Shown piece by piece: positions 1 to 8,613 of a stretch of DNA of 64,000 nt. This DNA comes from Candidatus Sumerlaeia bacterium. GTDB taxonomy: Bacteria > Sumerlaeota > Sumerlaeia > SLMS01 > JANRJK01. The notes beneath the pieces were generated by a model that searched no databases, had not been told where the DNA came from, and worked only from the letters and a program-made list of their open reading frames with translations. The DNA lies in NCBI GenBank assembly GCA_033764015.1, contig JANRJK010000013.1, positions 384,001 to 448,000 on the forward strand, in the 5' to 3' direction. Both the position numbers and the translations under genes were made by a program. Within the stretch, counting starts at the first letter, position 1. The number at the start of each line of letters is the position of its first letter.

Positions 1-702
1 GGCCTCCGCGGAAGCGCCTGCCATCGCGATCCAAAGCGGCGCCGTGGACCGCGCGACCGTCCCGCGGGAAAGGGCCCGCAGCGGGGAGGGGGGAGCTTCG
101 CGACAACCCCTCGACAGCAGTTCCCGCTCCGCGCGCACCGCCCCCGCCAAACGGCCCGCCGCGCGGGAAACCCAGCGCAGCGGATCGGCTGGCGGATCGC
201 CCGCCGCGTGTGGCTCGTCCGGATGCACCAGATGGGCCGCGCCGAAGTCCGCAAGCCCGGTCGGCGCCGCAGCCGTTGGTGCCCGCAGCAGCATCGCACC
301 ACCGCGCACCCCCGCGGGGATCTCTGCCAAATGCCAGATCGCCGGCCTCAGCACGTCCGCCGCTTCTAGTCCAGCGGAGCGCCCCGCCTCCGCGAAACGC
401 GGCGCGACGGCGGTGTGGCTGGACCAGTCCTCGGGCGGTAGGAGGAGGATGAAATCCGCCTGTTCCGCCGCTTGCACAAGATGGCGCCGGTCCGCCCGCG
501 ATGCGCGGAAGACCGTCAGGACGACGACGGCGGCGCGCTCCGTCGCTGACGGATCGGCGTCACTGGCGGGCAAGCCCGCCGCGGCGGCACGCCAAACCTC
601 CGCGTCTCGTCCCTGGAATACAATGGTCCGTCCCTCGACGATCCTCGAAAGAGCGGCGACCAGCTCGACGCGCCATGCACCTTGCGAGGGGCCGCTATCC
701 AC
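1..702 (-). CDS. Partial hypothetical protein (runs off left edge), possibly a degenerate SAM-methyltransferase-like domain of glycan-modifying proteins
   Basis: Manual translation of the minus frame from GTG at 702 is open to position 1 (WRVELVAALSRIVEG...DVLRPAIWHL...HLVHPDE). Not in the ORF track because it has no stop in the window. The LRPxIW...VHP pattern is only weakly suggestive. Confidence 0.35.
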   Translation of the reverse strand, partial: MDSGPSQGAWRVELVAALSRIVEGRTIVFQGRDAEVWRAAAAGLPASDADPSATERAAVVVLTVFRASRADRRHLVQAAEQADFILLLPPEDWSSHTAVAPRFAEAGRSAGLEAADVLRPAIWHLAEIPAGVRGGAMLLRAPTAAAPTGLADFGAAHLVHPDEPHAAGDPPADPLRWVSRAAGRLAGAVRAERELLSRGCREAPPSPLRALSRGTVARSTAPLWIAMAGASAEA

Positions 703-804
703 CTACTACCGCCGATCCGGGACTCCCCGGTTGCTGGGCCTGAATCCGAAGATCGAATGAGAAAGGGTGCCGCGCAACCGTCCGGGCAAGCGGTGATGGA
801 CCCC

Positions 805-1764
805 TCACCGCTCCACAGCGAAGAATTCCCAGACCTTGGCTGTCGCATCCAGTGTCCCCGAATCAGGGCCGACAACCGCCTCGGGCAGAGGAGAAGCGTC
901 GCCGGGCCAGTTGTGGCCGTGGCCCTTCACGACGATGAAGAGCACCTCCTCCCGCGAGCCTTCCTTGCCCCATCGCCGGGTGAGGAATTCGCGCGAATCC
1001 TCGACGACCGCCGGCTCACCCTTGTTCCCGTTCAGGCGCGCCCAGCGCTCCGGACTTGTGATCGCCGGGGGCATCTCCGTCTTCCGGAGGCCGATGCCCA
1101 CGCGCCCACCCTCCAACGGCACCAGCGGGTCCTCGCTCCCCGTGATCTGCAGCAGCGGCACCGGCGACTCGCGCGGCGGGTCGTCGACTCGGAAATGCCC
1201 CGCCACCACACCGACCGCCGCGAAGCGTTCCGGGTGCTCCGCCGCCACGCGGTACGCCATTCCGGAGCCGTTCGAGTGCCCCGCGACGAAGACGCGCGCC
1301 GAATCCACCGGCGTGCGCTTGGCCACTTCGTCCAGCAGCGCGACCAGGAAGCCCGAATCGTCGATTCCCTTGCCGGCGGCGGATTGGCTGCCGGTGGAGA
1401 GGCTCGCCTTCCCGCCGTCGTTCCAAGTCTGCGGATTCCCTGTCAGGCTCCGGGGCTTCTCCTCATCGCGCGGCGTGCCATTGGGCAGCACCAGCACCGC
1501 CCCCTCGCGCCGCGCGAGCGCGACCCAGGACGAGCGGCGGTCGAGGTGCTCGGCCGAGCCACCTCCGCCGTGCAGCATCAGCACGAGCGGCCATCCCGCC
1601 TTCGGGGGCGCGCCTTCGGGCACGCGGACGATCGCGTTCCGCGTCCGCCCGGCGTGCTCCAAGGTGATCTTGTTGCGGCCCGGCTTCAACGGTTCCGCCA
1701 CGGCGATGGAACTCCAGAGCAGGATGAGGAGGAGAAGGGGACCGGATTGGAGATAAAATCGCAT
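805..1764 (-). CDS. Secreted PHB-depolymerase/LpqC-family alpha/beta-hydrolase esterase
   Basis: Signal peptide; LVLMLHGGGGS, IDDSGF, GHSNG nucleophile elbow, D and GHGHNWPG catalytic motifs; family-typical VWEFF end. Confidence 0.85.
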   Translation of the reverse strand: MRFYLQSGPLLLLILLWSSIAVAEPLKPGRNKITLEHAGRTRNAIVRVPEGAPPKAGWPLVLMLHGGGGSAEHLDRRSSWVALARREGAVLVLPNGTPRDEEKPRSLTGNPQTWNDGGKASLSTGSQSAAGKGIDDSGFLVALLDEVAKRTPVDSARVFVAGHSNGSGMAYRVAAEHPERFAAVGVVAGHFRVDDPPRESPVPLLQITGSEDPLVPLEGGRVGIGLRKTEMPPAITSPERWARLNGNKGEPAVVEDSREFLTRRWGKEGSREEVLFIVVKGHGHNWPGDASPLPEAVVGPDSGTLDATAKVWEFFAVER

Positions 1765-1788
1765 CGGCGCGGCCTCGCGGGTAGGATG

Positions 1789-1816
1789 AGTATAGCGGAG
1801 GCCGTCGCCATGCCAA
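1789..1816 (-). promoter_or_regulatory. Putative sigma70 promoter of the esterase gene
   Basis: Minus strand TTGGCA-16 nt-TATACT about 25 nt upstream of the ATG. Confidence 0.35.
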
Positions 1817-1888
1817 TGCGCTGGAAGCAGTGCGCCGCCCGGGGCACGGGGCTCCGGGCGGCGCTTCCAAGTCGAACGGCCTGAGCGC

Positions 1889-2509
1889 TCAGCGCGCGCC
1901 GGTGGCCTTCTTCAGCTTCTCCGCCACGGCGTCCCAGTGCACCACCTGCATGAACGCCTTCGTGTACTCCGGCCGGCGGTTCTGGTACTTCAGGTAGTAC
2001 GCGTGTTCCCAAACGTCCACCATCAGGATCGGCACCACGCCCCACTGCGAAAGGTTCTGGTGCTGCTCGCTCTGGAGGATCACGAGGTCGTCCACCTGCG
2101 GACGGTAGGCGAGGACGCCCCAGCCGCTGGCCTGCACGGTGTTCGAGGCGGCAAGGAACTGCGCCTGGAACTTGTCGTAGTCGCCGAAGGAGCGCGCGAT
2201 CGCGTCGGCGAGATCGCCGTTCGGCTTGCCGCCGCCCTTGCCGCCCTTCTCCGCGGGCGCGTGCATCGTCTCCCAGAAGAGGACGTGGTTGAAGTGGCCG
2301 GAGCCATGGAACGCGCACTCGCGGCTGAGATGCTTCACCGCGGCGAAGTCGCCCTTCTCGCGGGCCTCCGCCAGCTTCGCCTCCGCGGCGTTCAGGCCGT
2401 CCACGTAGCTCTTGTGGTGCAGGTCGTGGTGGAGGCGCATGGTCTGCTCGTCGATGTACGGTTCGAGCGCGTTGTAGTCGTAGGGCAGGGGGGGAAGTGT
2501 GTGGGCCAT
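1889..2509 (-). CDS. sodA: Fe/Mn superoxide dismutase
   Basis: LPPLPYDYNALEP, HHDLHH, DVWEHAYYLKYQN signature. Metal specificity not determined. Confidence 0.95.
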   Translation of the reverse strand: MAHTLPPLPYDYNALEPYIDEQTMRLHHDLHHKSYVDGLNAAEAKLAEAREKGDFAAVKHLSRECAFHGSGHFNHVLFWETMHAPAEKGGKGGGKPNGDLADAIARSFGDYDKFQAQFLAASNTVQASGWGVLAYRPQVDDLVILQSEQHQNLSQWGVVPILMVDVWEHAYYLKYQNRRPEYTKAFMQVVHWDAVAEKLKKATGAR

Positions 2510-2591
2510 GATGGCACAACTCCTTGGCGTGGGAATGGGGGATTGGTGTCCTTCGGCCCGTGATGGTTCAAGATCGGTGCCACGGAAGCAA

Positions 2592-2621
2592 GCGCGCCCG
2601 CCCCGTGGAGGGCGGGCGCGC
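2592..2621 (-). terminator. GC-rich hairpin, likely terminator of the fibre operon
   Basis: gcgcgcccgccc-cgtgga-gggcgggcgcgc perfect 12-bp stem followed by ttgctt on the minus strand. Confidence 0.6.
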
Positions 2622-2656
2622 AGGTTGATTGGTCGTATTGTCCGAGTGCCGCCGGC

Positions 2657-2968
2657 CTACTCGTAGTGCACCCAGGACGCCGCGCCCTCCGCGACGAAGG
2701 CGCCGGAGGTCGGCTCCAGCGAGGGTCCCATGAACACCGTGAAGCCGCTCACCGTCGCGCCATGGCCCGAGACGATCGCGCCGTTGTGCGTGCTGATGAA
2801 GGCCCCCGTCGGCGCCGAGACGATGCCGCCGCCCATGCTCCCGACCGAGTCCTCGAAGAGTTGGAACAAGTCGGTTGTCAGCGGCACCGCGAGCGCCGCG
2901 CCCGCGGCGAGCGCGCAGGCCACGACCGCGATACGCTTGCGGGTGCGGTTGGTGGGTCGGGAGTTCAT
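2657..2968 (-). CDS. Small secreted Gly-rich protein with C-terminal W-x-x-Y-E tail (putative fibre anchor/partner)
   Basis: Signal peptide (RKRIAVVACALAAGAALA), GGG-containing core, ends AEGAASWVHYE; aaggaag RBS-like upstream. Confidence 0.7.
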   Translation of the reverse strand: MNSRPTNRTRKRIAVVACALAAGAALAVPLTTDLFQLFEDSVGSMGGGIVSAPTGAFISTHNGAIVSGHGATVSGFTVFMGPSLEPTSGAFVAEGAASWVHYE

Positions 2969-2998
2969 CGGGCGTCTTCCTTTCGAGTCGGGTCGCTG

Positions 2999-4087
2999 CT
3001 AACCGAAGTACTTAGCGTTGCCTTGGATCCGTTCGTTCTTCGGGGCCATCGCGGCGGCAGCGCGCCAGTGCGCGCGCGCCTTCTCCTGCTGGCCCAGCTT
3101 ATGGTACGCGATGGAGGCCACATCGTGCGGCTCCCACGTGTAGATCGACGTGCGGGAGGTGTACTCGGCGAGCTGCTCGCCGGGGATGATGGCGGCGGCG
3201 GCTTCTGCCCAGACGGCGGCCTGCTGCCACTTCTCGCGCGTGTAGAAGTGCATCGCGAGCGCGTGGTACGGCTCGCGGCGCAGCGGCGCCTCGAGCACCG
3301 CGGCCATCAGCTGCGAAAGCGCCTCCTGCTCCTTCCCGAGCCGGACTAGGCATTCGGCCATCTTAAGCCGCGCGTCGGCCCGCTCCGGCGCCCAGCGGCT
3401 CCGGTCGAGGCACTCCTGGAAGGCGGCGACCGCCTCGTCGTTCCGGCCGTGGTAGTACAGCTCGCGGGCGAGGTAGAAGCGGAAGCGGGACGACATCGGG
3501 TTCTCCGCCACTTCCTCGCGGAGCAGTTGCAGGTCCCGTTCCTTCCGCATCTGCGTCGAGCCCGGCTTGGGCCAGTGTTCGAGGACGATGTCGTCGAAGT
3601 GCTCCCAGGTGTCCTTGTTGATGACGCCGTGGAGTGCCTCGTGCGCCCGTCCGGTCCACTTGTAGAGGCGCGGGTCGAAGATCACTTGGCGAGCGAATGT
3701 CACCGTCGGGACGCCGTGCTCGTCGTGGTCCCAATGGTAGTTGAAGCTCATCAGGCGGCGGCCCCGGGCGTAGGCGTCCTCGATGCGGGCGCGGAGCCGC
3801 TCGCCGCCGGCGCCGAGCACCTCGTCCGCGTCGATGTTCACGACCACCTGCGCGTGCGGCGAAGCGCTCTCCGCCGCCATGTTACGGGCCTTGGCGAAGC
3901 TCTTGGGCCACTCCGCGCGCTGCACGCGGGCGCCGTAGCGCTCCGCGACCGCGATCGTGCCGTCCGTCGAGCCGGTGTCCGTGATGACCAACTCGTCCCA
4001 GAACTTCTTGGGACCCTGCACGCTATCGAGGCAGCGTGCGAGCACCGTCTCCTCGTTCTTCACCACCATGACCATGCTGATGAACAT
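2999..4087 (-). CDS. Family 2 glycosyltransferase with C-terminal TPR repeats
   Basis: ISMVMVVKNEE, DTGSTDGT, FAKARN, IDADE (DxD), WTGRAHE, then TPR helices (FYLARELYY...). No signal peptide. Start re-assigned to MFISMV. Confidence 0.92.
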   Translation of the reverse strand: MFISMVMVVKNEETVLARCLDSVQGPKKFWDELVITDTGSTDGTIAVAERYGARVQRAEWPKSFAKARNMAAESASPHAQVVVNIDADEVLGAGGERLRARIEDAYARGRRLMSFNYHWDHDEHGVPTVTFARQVIFDPRLYKWTGRAHEALHGVINKDTWEHFDDIVLEHWPKPGSTQMRKERDLQLLREEVAENPMSSRFRFYLARELYYHGRNDEAVAAFQECLDRSRWAPERADARLKMAECLVRLGKEQEALSQLMAAVLEAPLRREPYHALAMHFYTREKWQQAAVWAEAAAAIIPGEQLAEYTSRTSIYTWEPHDVASIAYHKLGQQEKARAHWRAAAAMAPKNERIQGNAKYFG

Positions 4088-4167
4088 GTCGGTTCCGTGT
4101 CCTGCGGTTGTGGGGTTGGGTCCGGGGCGGCCGTCGTCGGGCCGCCCCGGGGGATCGTCTGAGCGTC

Positions 4168-6057
4168 TTACTCCTGCGCGATGTACGCGAAGCGCAACCC
4201 GTAGAAGTACAGGTCCGCGGCGTTCGGATCGGAGGCCGCGCTGCCGTTGCGCCACACCACGAGGTGGATCACGTCGCCGGGAGCCCATGCGGTGGGCGAG
4301 TTGGCGTAGCTGTCGCCGGGCTCGGGGAACGTGATCGACTCGATGCGGGACTGCGCCGGGTTGTTCGACTCCATCTCGTTCGCGCCGGCGCCCGCACCGT
4401 CGCGGAAGTTGTAGCGGAACGGATTGTCGGTGGTCGACGTGCTGAACTCCAGGATGTGGCGGAAGTTGATGTTCACATCCACCTTGCGGTTCGCGAGCCC
4501 CTCGTTGGTGGACCAGAACATTGTCATGCGCGGGATCGGCTGCCCCGGCAGGTAGTCCGACGGCACCATGAACGTGATGTGCATGCCGTCGATGTTGCTG
4601 TTGCGGAGCGAGTAGGTGTGGGGCCGCTCGCGCTGGCCGGGGACGCCGAACTGGCCGGAGCCGAAGTTGAAGCCCGAATCGGGAGTGGTGCCCGAGATGT
4701 TGAGCGGCATGAACTCGATCGGCGCCAGGAAGTGCTGCCGGTACTTGCCGGTGAAGTCCACCGGCGGATCCAGATACCAGTTGGTGAACGTTGTCGAGCC
4801 GGCGTCCGCGGCGCGGTCCATCGTGACGACGAGCGACGTGCCCGTCTGCGAAGTAACCGTCCCTTCCATGAACGTGTCCGCGTCGTTGCGCGCCGTGATG
4901 CGCGATCCCACGCGATAGGTCAGGCTGGCGGGAATCGTGAACGTGACCGCGCCCGAGGCGGCGACAGCCACCGCCGGGGACGTCGTGCCGGGCACGTAGA
5001 CCGTACCGGAAGGACCGGTGGGGCCGGTGGGGCCGACACCGCCCGGGGTGCCCTGCGGGCCGGTGGGGCCGGTCGGGCCGGTGGGGCCCTGCGCACCATC
5101 TGCACCATCAGCACCGTCGGCGCCCGGAGGACCTGCCGGACCGGTGGGGCCTTGCGCACCATCGGCGCCGTCGGCGCCCGGAGGGCCTGCCGGGCCGGTG
5201 GGGCCCTGCGCACCATCAGCACCGTCGGCGCCCGGAGGGCCTGCCGGACCGGTGGGGCCTTGCGCACCATCGGCACCGTCGGCGCCCGGAGGGCCTGCCG
5301 GGCCGGTGGGGCCCTGCGCACCATCTGCACCATCAGCACCGTCGGCGCCCGGAGGGCCTGCCGGGCCGGTCGGGCCCTGCGCACCATCTGCACCATCAGC
5401 ACCGTCGGCGCCCGGAGGGCCTGCCGGGCCAGCGGGACCGGTGTCGCCCGTCAAACCGATCGGACCCTGCGGGCCCGTGTCGCCTTGAGTGCCCTGTGGA
5501 CCCTGCAGGCCGATCGGTCCCTGCGGACCGGTCGGGCCCGTCGGACCCTGCAATCCCGTCGGATCGCCCACCCACTGGCCGAGCGAGTTGATGACCAGCA
5601 TCCCGTTGATGCTGACCGAGATCGGGTCGATGTCGAAGGGCACGTCGCCGGCGATCTGCGCGAAGGGCTGCGCGACCACCCTGCGGCGCGGCGCGAAAAC
5701 TTCCGACGTCTCGAGCACCGTGTTGCGGTTGAAGTCCACCGTGAGTTGTAGGAACAGGTTCGCCGTGCCGTAGATCGAAGGCGGCGGCGACAGTTCGGCG
5801 GTGTAGAGGCTGTTCTGCACGGTGACGCCGTTGATCGTCTCGGCGTAGAGCAGGTTGCCGCCGATCGAGGCGTCGTAGAACTCGAAGCGCATCGCGTAGG
5901 AGCCGTTGGAGACCGGCGTGCCGCCGGGACCGCGCAGGCTGCCCTGCGTCGAGAAGATCACCTGCGCGTCGGCGCTTCCCGCGAATCCAAGCATCGCGGC
6001 CACCGCACCGGCGACCAGCGCCCGCCGCAGTGTCTTCCTCATTCGTTGAGTCATCAT
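4168..6057 (-). CDS. Secreted collagen-like trimeric fibre protein
   Basis: Signal peptide ending ADA-Q; N-terminal QGSL...[10 protein letters not shown]...PRRR...PFA fibre-base domain; 62 uninterrupted G-X-Y triplets; tail-fibre-like beta domain and C-terminal head. Start re-assigned to MMTQRM with gaggaaag upstream. Confidence 0.9.
   Translation of the reverse strand: MMTQRMRKTLRRALVAGAVAAMLGFAGSADAQVIFSTQGSLRGPGGTPVSNGSYAMRFEFYDASIGGNLLYAETINGVTVQNSLYTAELSPPPSIYGTANLFLQLTVDFNRNTVLETSEVFAPRRRVVAQPFAQIAGDVPFDIDPISVSINGMLVINSLGQWVGDPTGLQGPTGPTGPQGPIGLQGPQGTQGDTGPQGPIGLTGDTGPAGPAGPPGADGADGADGAQGPTGPAGPPGADGADGADGAQGPTGPAGPPGADGADGAQGPTGPAGPPGADGADGAQGPTGPAGPPGADGADGAQGPTGPAGPPGADGADGADGAQGPTGPTGPTGPQGTPGGVGPTGPTGPSGTVYVPGTTSPAVAVAASGAVTFTIPASLTYRVGSRITARNDADTFMEGTVTSQTGTSLVVTMDRAADAGSTTFTNWYLDPPVDFTGKYRQHFLAPIEFMPLNISGTTPDSGFNFGSGQFGVPGQRERPHTYSLRNSNIDGMHITFMVPSDYLPGQPIPRMTMFWSTNEGLANRKVDVNINFRHILEFSTSTTDNPFRYNFRDGAGAGANEMESNNPAQSRIESITFPEPGDSYANSPTAWAPGDVIHLVVWRNGSAASDPNAADLYFYGLRFAYIAQE
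4999..5556 (-). repeat. Collagen triple-helix coding repeat; core of six 54/63-nt units encoding (GAD)2-3[12 protein letters not shown]
   Basis: Near-identical tandem DNA units, e.g. ccctgcgcaccatc(tgcaccatc)agcaccgtcggcgcccggagggcctgccgg. Confidence 0.95.
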
Positions 6058-6276
6058 GGGTCTTTCCTCGGCCCCCCTCGCGTGGCGTGGGGAATTCGGG
6101 TCTCGAAACCGGGTCGGAATCCGGGCGGGTGGAAGCCAAAGACGACCGGCCCGCACCGATTTCTTGCGGTCTAGCGCTTTAGTGCATGGCTCCCCGCGAC
6201 GCCAATCGTCAACGCCGATTCGCCGCGCGCCGATGGAAAGAACAGCGGTGCTGTCGGGGTTGTTGCCGAGACGGTG

Positions 6277-7101
6277 CTAGGACCCGGAGCGAAGACCTTC
6301 CCGTGCGACGCGCACGCTGACGATCTTCCAGCCGCGGTGCGTTTTCTTGAGGACGTAGGTTTCCTGCCGCTTGCGCGACTGGCCGTCCACCAAGTCCTCG
6401 CGCGCGATTTGGACCTTGGCCAAGTTGGCGCTCTCGTCCGCCAAGACAACCTCCCGCACGTGGTGCGAGTGCCGGTGCCCCGCTTCGCCCTGGTAGGCGG
6501 CGAAGCGCCGGTCCACATACTCCGTCTTCACCAGCCCGCCCTGCATTTCGTCGGAGAGGCACTCGTACTCGGTGGCGAAGTCCTGATCGTTCCAGCTTTC
6601 GACGAAGGCGCGCACCACCTGCTCCGGCGAGGCGTGGCGCAGATCGCTGGTGCTGTCGGCGCTCTCGTAGGCCGGGTCCTGCGGCTTGCCGACCGCGAGC
6701 AGCTCCGAGCCGCTGCCATAGTCGTGCGACCGGAACACGTACTCCACCTTGCCGAGTAGATCGAAGGGATCGAAGGGCTTCTGGACGAACTCGGCGACGC
6801 CGAGGCCGCGCGCCCAGAACTCGGGCGGGCGCGAGTTGTCGGCCCCGACCGCGCTGACGACGATGACGGGGATCGTGCTGGCGGTCGGGCTCGCCTTGAG
6901 GCGCTTCAGCACTTCGAGGCCGCTCATGCGCGGCATCATCAGGTCCAGCGTGATGAGGTCCCAGCGCCCCTGCTCCGCGAGCGCGAGGCCCGCCTCGCCG
7001 CCGAGCGCGGGCACCACGGAATACCCCTTCGTCTTGAGGCAGGCGCGGAGGACGTCGAGCACTTCCTGTTCGTCGTCGATGCAGAGGATGCGTCGGTTCA
7101 T
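6277..7101 (-). CDS. Response regulator receiver fused to a C-terminal NTF2-like domain of unknown function
   Basis: ILCIDDE, LDLMMPRMSG, VSA, QKPF; C-terminal SPEQVVRAFVESWNDQDF...WKIVSV. Confidence 0.85.
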   Translation of the reverse strand: MNRRILCIDDEQEVLDVLRACLKTKGYSVVPALGGEAGLALAEQGRWDLITLDLMMPRMSGLEVLKRLKASPTASTIPVIVVSAVGADNSRPPEFWARGLGVAEFVQKPFDPFDLLGKVEYVFRSHDYGSGSELLAVGKPQDPAYESADSTSDLRHASPEQVVRAFVESWNDQDFATEYECLSDEMQGGLVKTEYVDRRFAAYQGEAGHRHSHHVREVVLADESANLAKVQIAREDLVDGQSRKRQETYVLKKTHRGWKIVSVRVAREGLRSGS

Positions 7102-7306
7102 TGCTTCGTTGGGCTCCGTGCGCCGGCCATCCGCGGGGCGGTGGCGTGATCGCGTCCGTCAGGGGCGTCTGACTTCGTGGAACATGGTCCCGCCGGGCGA
7201 AGTCGTCAAGCCCGCAACCGGCGTGCGGCATAAGCCATCATGCTTGACGGTGTGGCCCCGGGACGGCATTCCCTGCCGTCCAGCGCTCCGAAAGGTCCCG
7301 AAACCG

Positions 7307-8563
7307 ATGCCAAGCCCGCGCCCGTTGTCCGCCGCCTTCCTCGCTGTCGCGTTTCTGCTGCTCGCCGCGGCGGCTTCGGCGGGGCGCCTGCGCGATGTGC
7401 GCGCCGCGCAGCACCCGGGGTTCACCCGCCTCGTCTTCGAACTCGACGCGCCGGCGATGTACCGCATCACGGACCGCTCCCGCTCCGCGCGGGAGGTCCG
7501 CGTCGATCTCCTCGGCGGGGTCGACGGCGAGACGCTTCCCCTGCGCTTCGGCGACGGTTCCCACATCCTCTCCATGGCGCGCGGGGCGGAAGGCGAATTC
7601 CGCTTCGCCGTCGGCGGACCGGTCGAGGTCGCAGACGCGCTCTTGGACAATCCGCCGCGGATCGTCTTCGACTTCTTCCCCGCGGGCACCCGCCCCGCGG
7701 GACTCGTCACCGCGACCGAAAGCGTCCCCGTGCCACCGCTCGCGGCCGCGGCGGATTCGGCTGATCCAACACCGGCCCCGCCAACGTCTGTCCGCGCCTC
7801 AAGGGAGCGTCCTTCCGGCCCGAAGCGCCGCCTCATCGTTGTGATCGACCCGGGCCACGGCGGCCACCACAAGGGCGGCGGCGGGCGCATCGGCAGCCGG
7901 CAGCTCTGGGAAAAGGAAATCGTCCTCCCCATCGCCTTCATGATCGAGGACATCCTCAAGAAGGACGGTCGGTACGACGTGCGCCTAACGCGCAGGGACG
8001 ACCGCTACATCGGCCTCTTCGAGCGGACGCAGATCGCGGAGGGATTCCAGGGCGACCTCTTCGTCTCGCTGCACTGCAACGCGATCGAAGGCAACGCGAG
8101 CCGCCGGGCCAAGGCCCGCGGGATCGAGTTCTGGATCTGGAGCCCGCAGAGCAGCGGCACCGCAGCGTCGAAGGCGCTGGAGAAGCTGGAGAACACCGAG
8201 CCGGAGGGCACTCTTTCGCCCGCGCGCTCCATCCTCAACCAGATGATGACGGACGCCCTGGTCAGCCAGTCGCTCGAATCGAAGAACCTCGCGCAGGCGA
8301 TGGAGCGCGCCTTCCTGCGCGACGCCGACATCAAGCGCCACTACCGGGGCATCGACAGCGCGCGCTTCAAGGTGCTCGAGAACTACTCCATGCCATCCGT
8401 CCTCATCGAGTACGGCTTCATGACGCACCCGGACGAAGTGAAGCAGCTCGCCGACTCCGCCTACCAGCGGCGCATGGCCCGCCACACGGTCGACGCCATC
8501 ATCGCGTACCTGCAGGACCGCGAGCGACGCGAACTGGCGCAGACCGCCGACAGCGGGCGATAA
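7307..8563 (+). CDS. amiC: N-acetylmuramoyl-L-alanine amidase with AMIN domain
   Basis: Signal peptide, TRLVFEL and NPPRIVFD AMIN motifs, VIDPGHGG, EK, FVSLHCNA, PSVLIEYGF. Start re-assigned to ATG 7307. Confidence 0.92.
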   Translation: MPSPRPLSAAFLAVAFLLLAAAASAGRLRDVRAAQHPGFTRLVFELDAPAMYRITDRSRSAREVRVDLLGGVDGETLPLRFGDGSHILSMARGAEGEFRFAVGGPVEVADALLDNPPRIVFDFFPAGTRPAGLVTATESVPVPPLAAAADSADPTPAPPTSVRASRERPSGPKRRLIVVIDPGHGGHHKGGGGRIGSRQLWEKEIVLPIAFMIEDILKKDGRYDVRLTRRDDRYIGLFERTQIAEGFQGDLFVSLHCNAIEGNASRRAKARGIEFWIWSPQSSGTAASKALEKLENTEPEGTLSPARSILNQMMTDALVSQSLESKNLAQAMERAFLRDADIKRHYRGIDSARFKVLENYSMPSVLIEYGFMTHPDEVKQLADSAYQRRMARHTVDAIIAYLQDRERRELAQTADSGR

Positions 8564-8613
8564 CCGTTTTCGCTTGATCGGCGCCCGCCACCGCATCGAT
8601 GGTCGTATAGGAA

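Noticed and set aside
44..760. 238-aa plus-strand ORF
   Set aside because: Ser/Arg/Ala-rich shadow; the minus frame gives a more protein-like translation
5060..5440. Direct repeats as a possible CRISPR array
   Set aside because: No unique spacers, in-frame coding repeats, no cas genes
4108..5751. Plus-strand repetitive ORFs (including collagen-like GPVGP ORF 5018-5488)
   Set aside because: Antisense shadows of the collagen gene
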